Positions 1 to 7,707 are shown, numbered from the stretch's first letter. The stretch is 11,424 bases of DNA from Thermoplasmatota archaeon (GCA_965234725.1 CBDDUX010000102.1:1-11424); one strand, 5' to 3'. The notes: a model not told the origin generated them from the sequence alone. Made by a program: numbers and translations.

Positions 1-103
1 CGTCCAATTTCGGCAACGTTCATTTCGCTGTTCTCCTCGATCTTTCCTCCAATTCTTATAACACCTCATTCCCTTATGAAACTTGCCGTATTCGGCGAAA
101 AAT
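1..103. repeat. Imperfect hairpin element, copy A
   Basis: cggcaacgttcat (11-23) pairs with atgaaacttgccg (76-88) at 11/13 positions. Bases 1-21 match 1540-1560 at 17/21. Confidence 0.6.
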
Positions 104-110
104 GGAATCC

Positions 111-839
111 TCAATAAAAAAGACTTGCTGACATTGAATATTCACCTGATGCACCTAGTTCAACTATTATCACAACATGGACTCTATATATCGAACCCTC
201 TGGAGGTACAGGTGTGTCGTAATATGATTCATCAATTCTTATACCCCCTCGGATCTCTGTATGGGTTTGTCTGTAATACTCCTTATTGAATCCATCAGGA
301 TTGTTTGGATCATCTACAAATATGACTATCTCAAAATTACCAGTTGCACGTTTAACTTGAACATATGCATCCAAAATTGGTGCAAGGCGTCCAGGAAGGA
401 CATCACAAGTAATTTCAACTTCTCTACGACCACTTGACCCAATATCATTGATAATTGATCCTGTCTTTGATACATCAACCGGATGATTTCTGGCAGTAAT
501 GAGGTCGTAATCGAAACCATGTTGTGATCCTTTAGTTACATTTACTGTTATATTGTAGTTATAAGGTGATGTAAAAATATGTGTAATGTGGTCTCCATTC
601 TTGATTGTTCCATCACCCATATTCCAAGTAACATTAGCTCCATCAGGGCAATTTGCAATCCATAAATTAAAAGGTACATTGATTAATGGAGTTCCTTCAT
701 CAGATTTAATTTCCACATCCAATGGAGAAGTAGGATCCTCGTCATTACTATTTGAAATGATTATTATTGAAAATATAACTATCAAAGCGATGATGATTGC
801 TGATCCAATGATTATTATCTTACGCTTATTCAATTTCAA
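111..839 (-). CDS. Membrane-anchored PKD-domain surface protein
   Basis: Basic N-terminus followed by a long hydrophobic helix (KRKIIIIGSAIIIALIVIFSIIII), then a PKD signature (VTWNMGDG...ITHIFTSPYNYNITVNVT) and a beta-rich C-terminal domain. TTG start. Confidence 0.85.
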   Translation of the reverse strand: MKLNKRKIIIIGSAIIIALIVIFSIIIISNSNDEDPTSPLDVEIKSDEGTPLINVPFNLWIANCPDGANVTWNMGDGTIKNGDHITHIFTSPYNYNITVNVTKGSQHGFDYDLITARNHPVDVSKTGSIINDIGSSGRREVEITCDVLPGRLAPILDAYVQVKRATGNFEIVIFVDDPNNPDGFNKEYYRQTHTEIRGGIRIDESYYDTPVPPEGSIYRVHVVIIVELGASGEYSMSASLFY

Positions 840-906
840 CCCTTCTATCGATTTTCTTACTCCTCTTCTCTACATTTTTTAATTCTGGTCTTTAGGTCCA
901 GTTTTA

Positions 907-1485
907 CTATGATGCATGTGCTAGTACTTTCCAAGTACAATTACAATGAACTATATTCCCTCGATCCTCAATACTACCAAAGGATGTACCTATATCTGGT
1001 TGTTGATCTCCTGCAAACATTATTTCTGCTGAGATAACTATCGATCTTGCTCCTTCTAATCTTTTATTTTCGAAATCATCCATCGGGTAATTCACTATAA
1101 TTTCACCTTCTTGTCCCTGTGAGTTCTCACCATATCCTGATTCATGATATCCCATTTTATCATCCATATAAACCTGAACAGTATCTGGTTCGTTTGTGTA
1201 TGACCTTCTATTGGAGATATCATCTTCATCCTGCCAAGTTGCACGTACTGTGAATTCAATTAACACAGTTGACTCTTTCATGAAAATAGAAAGAATCTCC
1301 TTAGTTTGATCTTCTTCAATATATTCTTCACCTTCCATGTATAATATTTTTTCAATATATTTTGGTTCATTTATTTTCTCATTATTTGATTTTATACAAC
1401 CTTGCGAAGTTATAAGAAGGATTATCGGAACAATTAGAATAATCAGTTCATGAAATTTTTTTATTAAAGAAGTATTATAATTCAA
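907..1485 (-). CDS. Putative lipoprotein / exported beta-rich protein
   Basis: The track ORF is 907-1536. The in-frame TTG at 1485 is preferred because it has GGGGAG just upstream and gives KK + hydrophobic stretch + lipobox-like TSQG-C. The mature region is acidic. Confidence 0.75.
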   Translation of the reverse strand: MNYNTSLIKKFHELIILIVPIILLITSQGCIKSNNEKINEPKYIEKILYMEGEEYIEEDQTKEILSIFMKESTVLIEFTVRATWQDEDDISNRRSYTNEPDTVQVYMDDKMGYHESGYGENSQGQEGEIIVNYPMDDFENKRLEGARSIVISAEIMFAGDQQPDIGTSFGSIEDRGNIVHCNCTWKVLAHAS

Positions 1486-1525
1486 ATAATCTCCCCTTTT
1501 CCGAACATTATGTTCTGTCCTGAAA

Positions 1526-1583
1526 ATTTTTGCCAATTACGTCCAGTTGCGGAAACTTTCCTACTTCCGCCACAAGTCGGAAA
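1526..1583. repeat. Imperfect hairpin element, copy B
   Basis: cgtccagttgcggaaactttc (1540-1560) matches 1-21 at 17/21. Stem gcggaa (1549-1554)/ttccgc (1565-1570); alternative stem tttcctactt/aagtcggaaa (1557-1583, 9/10). Confidence 0.6.
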
Positions 1584-1892
1584 CGATTTTTCACCATTAA
1601 TAATTTATCTCCATTATGTGGGAGGGATATGGAATTGATTTTTTGCTGATGTTAAATCGACAATGAATGAGATAACCGAACCGTGTATCGATCATACTGA
1701 ATACTGATTAAATCAGTCCTCGTATGTGATATCCATAGGTGATGAAATAAAAAACATTTCTTTACTGAATAGGAATATATATGGCTCTTCAAAAATAATT
1801 TGAGGGTCAGGATGGACAGGATTATTGATAGTCTTGTTAAAAAAAATGACTTTTTCGGCCTTCATTTACAGACATATTACCTTGAAAAAAGT

Positions 1893-1931
1893 GGATTAGC
1901 CCAAAATATTTAGTGGGCCCGCCCGAGTCCA
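1893..1931 (+). repeat. 39-bp direct repeat, copy 1 (att-like)
   Basis: ggattagcccaaaatatttagtgggcccgcccgagtcca; 34/39 identical without gaps to 4692-4730; internal GCCCA...TGGGC inverted repeat. Confidence 0.85.
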
Positions 1932-1995
1932 CATAAAGTTCTTAATACGAGAAAAACTGACTTTAACCGCATTTAAGTTGGGAAAACTGATCTCT

Positions 1996-2011
1996 TAAAA
2001 ACGATTAAATA
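1996..2011 (+). promoter_or_regulatory. Archaeal BRE/TATA promoter of the Lrp/AsnC gene
   Basis: aaaaacg-attaaata ends about 28 nt before the ATG at 2040 (leaderless geometry). It is nearly identical to the motif upstream of tRNA-Thr. Confidence 0.7.
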
Positions 2012-2039
2012 TTTGCCATTGATTTGATTAACGAATATC

Positions 2040-2927
2040 ATGGATGAAATAGACATCAAGATCAGTTATGAACTGTATTTCAACGGGAGAATGCCATATC
2101 GAGAACTTGCTGATAAGATGGGGTTGTCCTCCATAGCTGTGCATAGAAGGGTTCAGAATCTGATGGATATCGGCATTATCAGAGGATTCAAAGCGGGTTT
2201 GGACCTCCATTCTATGATGGGGGTGTCTGTTGCAGTTTGCGGATCATCAAAGTTCGAGGATATTGAAAAGGTGCTGAAACTCCTTGAAGATGACGGAAGA
2301 ACATCCAAGATTATCAGATCACCAGGTGATTTCCTTTTCGTTGAAGGTGCTTTAAAAGACATCTCCCAACTTGACGGGTATTCAAGGAAGATTAAGGAAA
2401 TATGCGAAATGAAAGATCCCCGGATACTGATCCCGCACATGGTAAATTCCACACTTACGAAGGAAATCACCATTTCCGCTACTGATAAATCTATCGTTAG
2501 GTCTTTGAAAGACGATTGCAGGAAATCACTTTCAGAGGTAGCTGATGAACTGAACATAGCCACGAGAACCGTGAAAAGAAGATTAGACAGGTTATTGGAG
2601 AATGGTGCGATTTTTCTCCGAGCAGAGATGGTACCAACTGCCTCGGGGGATATCATCTCATTCATGTTCCTGCACCTAGAAGAGGATTCCGATAGAGATG
2701 TCATCGCCCACAGGATCTGGAAGGATAAATACCCTCATGTAATGAGCATGATACCTTTATCGAATGAACCGCGGCTACTAATTGCGAATTGCTGGGCAGG
2801 TTCCATGAAAGAGACCGAAGAGCTGAAGAAGGATATTCTATCAATATATCCCATCGACAGAATCAACCTCAACGTCCTCTATGACATGCACTTTCTGGAA
2901 ACCTGGCTGGACCGATCCATCCAATGA
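2040..2927 (+). CDS. Tandem Lrp/AsnC-family transcriptional regulator (two HTH+RAM units)
   Basis: Two AsnC-type HTHs: MDEIDIKISYELYFNGRMPYRELADKMGLSSIAVHRRVQNL and SATDKSIVRSLKDDCRKSLSEVADELNIATRTVKRRLDRL. Each is followed by a ferredoxin-like effector region. Confidence 0.92.
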   Translation: MDEIDIKISYELYFNGRMPYRELADKMGLSSIAVHRRVQNLMDIGIIRGFKAGLDLHSMMGVSVAVCGSSKFEDIEKVLKLLEDDGRTSKIIRSPGDFLFVEGALKDISQLDGYSRKIKEICEMKDPRILIPHMVNSTLTKEITISATDKSIVRSLKDDCRKSLSEVADELNIATRTVKRRLDRLLENGAIFLRAEMVPTASGDIISFMFLHLEEDSDRDVIAHRIWKDKYPHVMSMIPLSNEPRLLIANCWAGSMKETEELKKDILSIYPIDRINLNVLYDMHFLETWLDRSIQ

Positions 2928-3079
2928 TGTATTGTCTGGCTTCAAGATGGATGTTCGATCCATTAACAATAGGATTACGAAAATGGACAATAACCCATCA
3001 AATCCTGTCATTAATGAGAATTTTCCTGTTAACATGCTTCTTTATGCCACAAATGACAGTGGTATCCGGTGACAGAGAT

Positions 3080-3415
3080 ATGCCGAATAAAAAGATAATG
3101 AGGTATGGATCGGATGAATATGACCTTCAATACAGAGCCCCGGGGATCAGGATAGGTTCCTCATTACCAGAGGACATTGAGTCCTCTGAGGTGATATTGG
3201 AGGTGGACCTTTTTCTAGATGAGAATGGTGACCTGATTAATGAACTGAGATCTCTCCTCTCTAAGGTGGAAATTGCCCAGGGATCTGGATTTGGTATAAC
3301 AATGCATCAGGGATTCGGCCTGACATGTTCCAAGAGGTTGGATATCCATGTACTTAGGGAAGAGGTCCAACAGGTGATATCGACATTATCATCAATAAAG
3401 GTGGTCGAGAAATGA
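3080..3415 (+). CDS. Hypothetical protein (about 111 aa)
   Basis: The track ORF is 2924-3415. The ATG at 3080 is preferred because GGTGA lies at 3068-3072. The stop overlaps the next start (ATGA). Confidence 0.7.
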   Translation: MPNKKIMRYGSDEYDLQYRAPGIRIGSSLPEDIESSEVILEVDLFLDENGDLINELRSLLSKVEIAQGSGFGITMHQGFGLTCSKRLDIHVLREEVQQVISTLSSIKVVEK

Positions 3416-4089
3416 AGGTTGATCGGACCGATCTGAGGGTATTTTTCTGGCTGATCACAATCGCAGTCATCAGTCAGATGATGATCACACCGTTCCTTTG
3501 CAAAGATCCCCAATTATTGGTCAACTGGTTGGCCATTCCGATCTACGGGGGGCTTGGTTTTCTGGGAATGAAATTCTTCCTAAGAAGATCGGGATTCAAG
3601 GGGATGATAGACACCGGCAAAGGAGTTTCAAAACATCTATTACCGGTAATACTGGGAGTTGGATTTTCAGTGTTGGCAATTATTTTCGACCTTCTTTCCA
3701 CTGATAGGGTCCCTCAATTACCATTTCCGGTTTCCATCATGGCTTACATACCGATTGCGATCATGGACAACATGTTCTGGAAGCTGTTCCTGCTGACCAT
3801 GGTGGTCTTCCTGGTCTCCGAGAAACTGATGAAGGGAAGGAATCAGGAAGAAGTGTTCTGGTCTGCATCAGTGGTCTATTCGATCATTTACATACTGATC
3901 CAGTTCGGACAGTATACCACGCTTGTGGGAGAGGTCACCACTTTGACCGTGTTACAGATCCTTCTGGTATCTGGAGGTTTCATCATCTCCTCATGCTTGA
4001 TGTTCAGAAGATACGGTTTTCTGGCACCTGTTCTGATGCATATCACCCAGTACCTGATCTATCATGGTCTCTACGGAGGATTATCCTAG
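3412..4089 (+). CDS. Multi-pass membrane protein, CPBP/Abi (CAAX protease)-like, degenerate
   Basis: Multiple hydrophobic helices and a C-terminal RRYGFLAPVLMH motif typical of CPBP proteins. The EExxxR position reads DNMFWK. Confidence 0.7.
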   Translation: MKVDRTDLRVFFWLITIAVISQMMITPFLCKDPQLLVNWLAIPIYGGLGFLGMKFFLRRSGFKGMIDTGKGVSKHLLPVILGVGFSVLAIIFDLLSTDRVPQLPFPVSIMAYIPIAIMDNMFWKLFLLTMVVFLVSEKLMKGRNQEEVFWSASVVYSIIYILIQFGQYTTLVGEVTTLTVLQILLVSGGFIISSCLMFRRYGFLAPVLMHITQYLIYHGLYGGLS

Positions 4090-4105
4090 GACGGGAGTGA
4101 TTGAA

Positions 4106-4528
4106 ATGATTGCAAAGAAAGAGAAAGCACTAATGTCATTTGATATAGACATAAAGAATAGGACCATCTGGGAATGGGCGAACGCGCATACATCCCTTGC
4201 CAAACCATTGCACCGATACGAAGGAGAGATCATTCTCGAGGAGGATAGGATTATTTTCCAAGGGATTAATAAACAAAGCAAGAAAAATTTCGAGAAGGTC
4301 GTAATAAAGGATGCCATAACCGGAATAAAAATGGGATTTGATCGGATTTTCAAAAGAACGGAGGACAGATCTCTAGGGCTCGCTTTCAAACCTCTTAGGA
4401 TCTCTTTCATGGAAAATGGGAAGATCAGAATGATGTATCTCATTATCTCGTTCAGTCCACTTCGTAGGTCCAGTAACAATCAGGAATGGTGTAACACCTT
4501 GATCAGATGGAAGAAAAACGAGAGTTAA
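4106..4528 (+). CDS. Hypothetical protein, PH/GRAM-like fold candidate
   Basis: ATG at 4106 follows GGAGTGA. YEGEIILEEDRIIFQG resembles the G-x-L-x-L-x-x-x-R-hydrophobic-F pattern of PH-like domains, and the protein ends in a Trp-containing helix (QEWCNTL). Confidence 0.65.
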   Translation: MIAKKEKALMSFDIDIKNRTIWEWANAHTSLAKPLHRYEGEIILEEDRIIFQGINKQSKKNFEKVVIKDAITGIKMGFDRIFKRTEDRSLGLAFKPLRISFMENGKIRMMYLIISFSPLRRSSNNQEWCNTLIRWKKNES

Positions 4529-4545
4529 TATTAGGATTTATGGAT

Positions 4546-4566
4546 TTTTTACCTCTTCTTTTTTTT
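4546..4566 (+). terminator. Oligo-T archaeal terminator
   Basis: tttttacctcttctttttttt shortly after the stop at 4528. Confidence 0.55.
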
Positions 4567-4599
4567 AACTGATCAAATTGGACTTTAACTAAAAATAGA

Positions 4600-4620
4600 G
4601 TGGGCCCGCCTAGATTTGAA
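4600..4620 (-). repeat. tRNA 3'-half fragment (att scar)
   Basis: Minus strand TTCAAAT-CTAGG-CGGGCCC-A-C corresponds to T-loop + 5-nt T-stem + 7-nt acceptor strand + discriminator, followed by TCTATTTTT. No 5' half is present. Confidence 0.75.
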
Positions 4621-4691
4621 TTGTATAATTATTGCTTGTCAAGAGTGATTATTTCTACTTACAAATATTTATACATTTCTTAAAAAAATCA

Positions 4692-4730
4692 GGGTTAGCC
4701 CAAAATGTTTGGTGGGCCAGGCCGAGTCCA
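4692..4730 (+). repeat. 39-bp direct repeat, copy 2 (att-like)
   Basis: gggttagcccaaaatgtttggtgggccaggccgagtcca; 34/39 identical to 1893-1931. Confidence 0.85.
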
Positions 4731-4796
4731 GATCAGATCATGTTTAGTTCTTTATTTTCCTTGGTAACTTATAAATGGCTTCAATAATAAATAGGC

Positions 4797-4839
4797 GAAG
4801 CCCCTTGCGACGCATTGAAAGGGGCTTCTTTTTCTTCTT
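4797..4839 (+). terminator. GC-rich hairpin plus T-tract (intrinsic-terminator-like)
   Basis: Perfect 10-bp stem gaagcccctt/aaggggcttc with a 12-nt loop, followed by tttttcttctt. Confidence 0.55.
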
Positions 4840-5254
4840 GGTCCGGACCGCTTCCATCCGACATCCGCTCGGAAATCTTTTCTTGAAAAGGGGTTTTTCG
4901 GGACTATTTTTGATATTAATACCATTATCGCTTAAACCCCGATCAACATTTTTTTATAGTGATGTCCGACACTAAACCCCTTGATTTGCGATACAATTGA
5001 GATCGATCGTGACAGTAATTCTGTCATGTTCCAAAATGAAATTCATTCGACATATAGATTTATACATATCGAATGAATTTTCATTGGCCTGCAGACCAGA
5101 TTTTATGCTTTAGCATAAAATCGGTTAATTGATGGCTCATGAACAAATCATGTCATTTAAATAGGATGGAGGGAAAATAGAAGTGATTTTTGCATCAGAT
5201 TCACTGCATATGTATATTTCTACATATCCGATCAATGATTGTTGTGAAATAAAA

Positions 5255-5282
5255 ATGGGATATAACTAAAGTTACATATATA
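5255..5282. other. dif-like 11-6-11 tyrosine-recombinase site
   Basis: ATGGGATATAA-CTAAAG-TTACATATATA, with the inner TAA-N6-TTA register of Xer/dif sites. Confidence 0.5.
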
Positions 5283-5400
5283 GATTTTACAAATGTAATT
5301 AATTTATTATCTGGCGGTGTCAAATTATGTATATTCTTCTAATTTGAAAGGGGTTTTTGGCTTTGGGATTTTAGCAATGTGTACTTTTCTACATATCTCA

Positions 5401-5940
5401 TCACTGGTCATCGGATGGGAGGGGATACTTCAGTTTCGGATACTTCGATCTGCCCATAGAAGATTCTTCTTCCTTTCTCTTTTTGATCTCTTCCTCTGAG
5501 GGTGTTCCGTTGATGTAATCCGTTATGTACTTGGTGATTTCCTTGGATCTTACCTTGAAGGTGTCCGAGTGATAACGAAGGTGGAAATTCGGAATTCCTT
5601 CAGTGTCAAATCTTGCCACTGATACCTTCTCGGAGAATATTATTTCCTTGTCCTTATCCCACCGCTTGAATACCTTCTTCGGATCATAGATCCTGACCTT
5701 GGTGAGCTGGTCTCCGACCTCCATGAAACAGTAGCCCAATGTGGGATCCTTGGGATCTATGGAGATGAGCATCAGGGTACCCGTGACCTCTTCGTGATCC
5801 TTCAGTTCATGGATCACTATCTCGTCCTGGATATTCTCGTAATTCTCGAAGAAATCTGTGTACTTCCTCTCAAGGAGCTTCAGTGAAGAGACGTAAATAT
5901 GGAGGTCACCCACTCTGTCAAGCTTGTTGACATCTATCAT
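5401..5940 (-). CDS. Hypothetical protein (179 aa)
   Basis: ATG-initiated ORF with protein-like composition; no family recognised. Confidence 0.75.
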   Translation of the reverse strand: MIDVNKLDRVGDLHIYVSSLKLLERKYTDFFENYENIQDEIVIHELKDHEEVTGTLMLISIDPKDPTLGYCFMEVGDQLTKVRIYDPKKVFKRWDKDKEIIFSEKVSVARFDTEGIPNFHLRYHSDTFKVRSKEITKYITDYINGTPSEEEIKKRKEEESSMGRSKYPKLKYPLPSDDQ

Positions 5941-6021
5941 AGATCGGGCATGGACGCAGAGTTACTTATCTTTTAGTGCTGCCAAGAAAATATATACCTC
6001 CAATAAACTATATTAAAATGG

Positions 6022-6741
6022 GTGAAGGGAATGAAGTTAATATTCGATCCTCAGGAGGAAATGGATTTCAAACGGATATACCATCAAGAATATAACAATA
6101 TAATCTGTGATGCATTGAAAACATATGAGAAAATAAAATCTTGGATAGAATCCAACAATGATATGAAAAATTATTATGCAATAAAATTCTATAAGGGTAC
6201 GATTTCATTCAGATTGAATAATTCGAGGGAAATGACATTTGATATCACTTTATACGAAGATAATTTTTTCATTTCTATCAGCGAAAAGTTACTTGAATTA
6301 ATTGAGTTTAAACTGGATAGGGAAAATATAAAATTCAAGTCATTTCTTGTCAAAGAAAAAGATCAATTTATGATGAATAATTTCAATAAGTTGGTTTTCG
6401 ATATCGTTCATAAATCATTGACTTCAGATATTCTTTTAAAGAACGATGATTGGTCAAATCGATTAAGAAGAGATATGAGAAAGAAGGCTAATGCAAAATT
6501 CTATGAAGGTGAATACTATGATTTCCTAAGAGAGGAAACGGATTTCTCCGACACAGAAGAAGGAATTCATCAATATATCAGAGAAGTTGAAACCTACATA
6601 AGATTGCATATCAAACAATATCCTGTCAGTCCAGAGTATTTAAAAGAAAATGTAAGATTGTTCTACCATAAAAAGACTGTTGAATCTGTTCTACGCAATA
6701 TCGAAAAATATGTACCCTTTTACATCAAGAAGTATCATTGA
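6022..6741 (+). CDS. Hypothetical protein (about 239 aa; start may be ATG 6031)
   Basis: Long AT-rich ORF divergent from 5401-5940, with TATA-like motifs at about 5987-6018; no family recognised. Confidence 0.75.
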   Translation: MKGMKLIFDPQEEMDFKRIYHQEYNNIICDALKTYEKIKSWIESNNDMKNYYAIKFYKGTISFRLNNSREMTFDITLYEDNFFISISEKLLELIEFKLDRENIKFKSFLVKEKDQFMMNNFNKLVFDIVHKSLTSDILLKNDDWSNRLRRDMRKKANAKFYEGEYYDFLREETDFSDTEEGIHQYIREVETYIRLHIKQYPVSPEYLKENVRLFYHKKTVESVLRNIEKYVPFYIKKYH

Positions 6742-6774
6742 TTAATTTTTATACCATCCAGGTTTCTTTTCTGA

Positions 6775-7707
6775 TCATAGGTTAAACCTCGGGATATGCT
6801 CCAGGTAAGACCTTTTAAGCTCTTCAGGTGTTATGTGATTATAGATGTCGATTGTCTCGGTCCTTGAGTCTCCTCTGAGTTCCTTGACATAATCCCTAGG
6901 CATTCCAGAGTTCAATAATTCTGTTGTGAAGAAGTGTCTGAAGCAGTGTGCTGTGAACCTTTTTTCGAGTTCCTGGGTATCGGGATCATGAATACCCGAC
7001 TCTGTAGCATATTTCTTTAGTCTCTTGTTCAGGATCGTATGGGACATCCTGTGCCCAACATCAGTGACAAATAGGGCTCTCTCACCTTTGTTGGCCCTTT
7101 CATCCCTTATACTCATCCAGGTTTCGATTAGTCTCCTTGTCTCAAGATCGAAGTAGACATCCATGTTCTTGCGTTTTCCTGTAGCCTTGATGGATATGGT
7201 CATCTCTTCAAGGGAAACATCCTCAAGATCAATGGATAATAGCTCCTGAGCCCTGAGACCGGTCTTTGCGAGCAGGGTATACATTGCCCGATCCTGAGGA
7301 TCTAGAATCATTCCTACGAATACTCTCATTTTCGGAAGATCGATTATCTGTCTCTTTTGCCCCTTTTTACCTGTCCTGTAGTTGTTTGATATATATCGTC
7401 GTCTGAACTTGGGGATCGGAGATTTGACAATATAGTCCTCGTCCTCTATATATTCATAGAACGAAGCTAGATTATTGATGTGCTTTCTGATGGTCTCCGA
7501 GGACACCTCTCCGTTCCTTCCCTTTCTGTTCTTGATATCCTTCAGGTACTGCTTCAGGTCATGCTGGTCGATATCTACAAATGACTTATCCTTGATGCAT
7601 TCCCTGAAGATCTTCAAAGTATACTTGCATCCCCGGGTCGTCCAATTGCTCCATCCTCGAAGCTCAACATCGTCGAAGAATTCCTCCTCCAGTGAATCGT
7701 TATCCAA
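6775..7707 (-). CDS. Tyrosine recombinase/integrase (XerC/D-like), full length
   Basis: N-terminal core-binding region (SSETIRKHINNLASFYEYI...SPI). Catalytic motifs TGLRAQEL, ATGK, HCFRH, LRGD (in place of LGH) and IYNH. Confidence 0.95.
   Translation of the reverse strand: MDNDSLEEEFFDDVELRGWSNWTTRGCKYTLKIFRECIKDKSFVDIDQHDLKQYLKDIKNRKGRNGEVSSETIRKHINNLASFYEYIEDEDYIVKSPIPKFRRRYISNNYRTGKKGQKRQIIDLPKMRVFVGMILDPQDRAMYTLLAKTGLRAQELLSIDLEDVSLEEMTISIKATGKRKNMDVYFDLETRRLIETWMSIRDERANKGERALFVTDVGHRMSHTILNKRLKKYATESGIHDPDTQELEKRFTAHCFRHFFTTELLNSGMPRDYVKELRGDSRTETIDIYNHITPEELKRSYLEHIPRFNL

Noticed and set aside
1..23. Start of a minus-strand CDS (MNVAEIG...) with GAGGAG upstream
   Set aside because: Only 7 codons are visible and they overlap hairpin copy A, so it cannot be supported, though it is not excluded.
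1497..1555. Canonical integron attC (ttccgAAC...GTTgcggaa)
   Set aside because: The outer AAC/GTT boxes pair, but the inner L boxes do not pair at the required spacing, and the recombinase does not look like IntI.
4775..4975. 66-aa ORF (also 5317-5499)
   Set aside because: It runs through hairpins and T-tracts, has odd composition and has no ribosome-binding signal.
4529..5400. CRISPR array or retron msr-msd
   Set aside because: There are no identical 25-45-nt repeats with regular spacers, and no cas or reverse transcriptase gene in the window.
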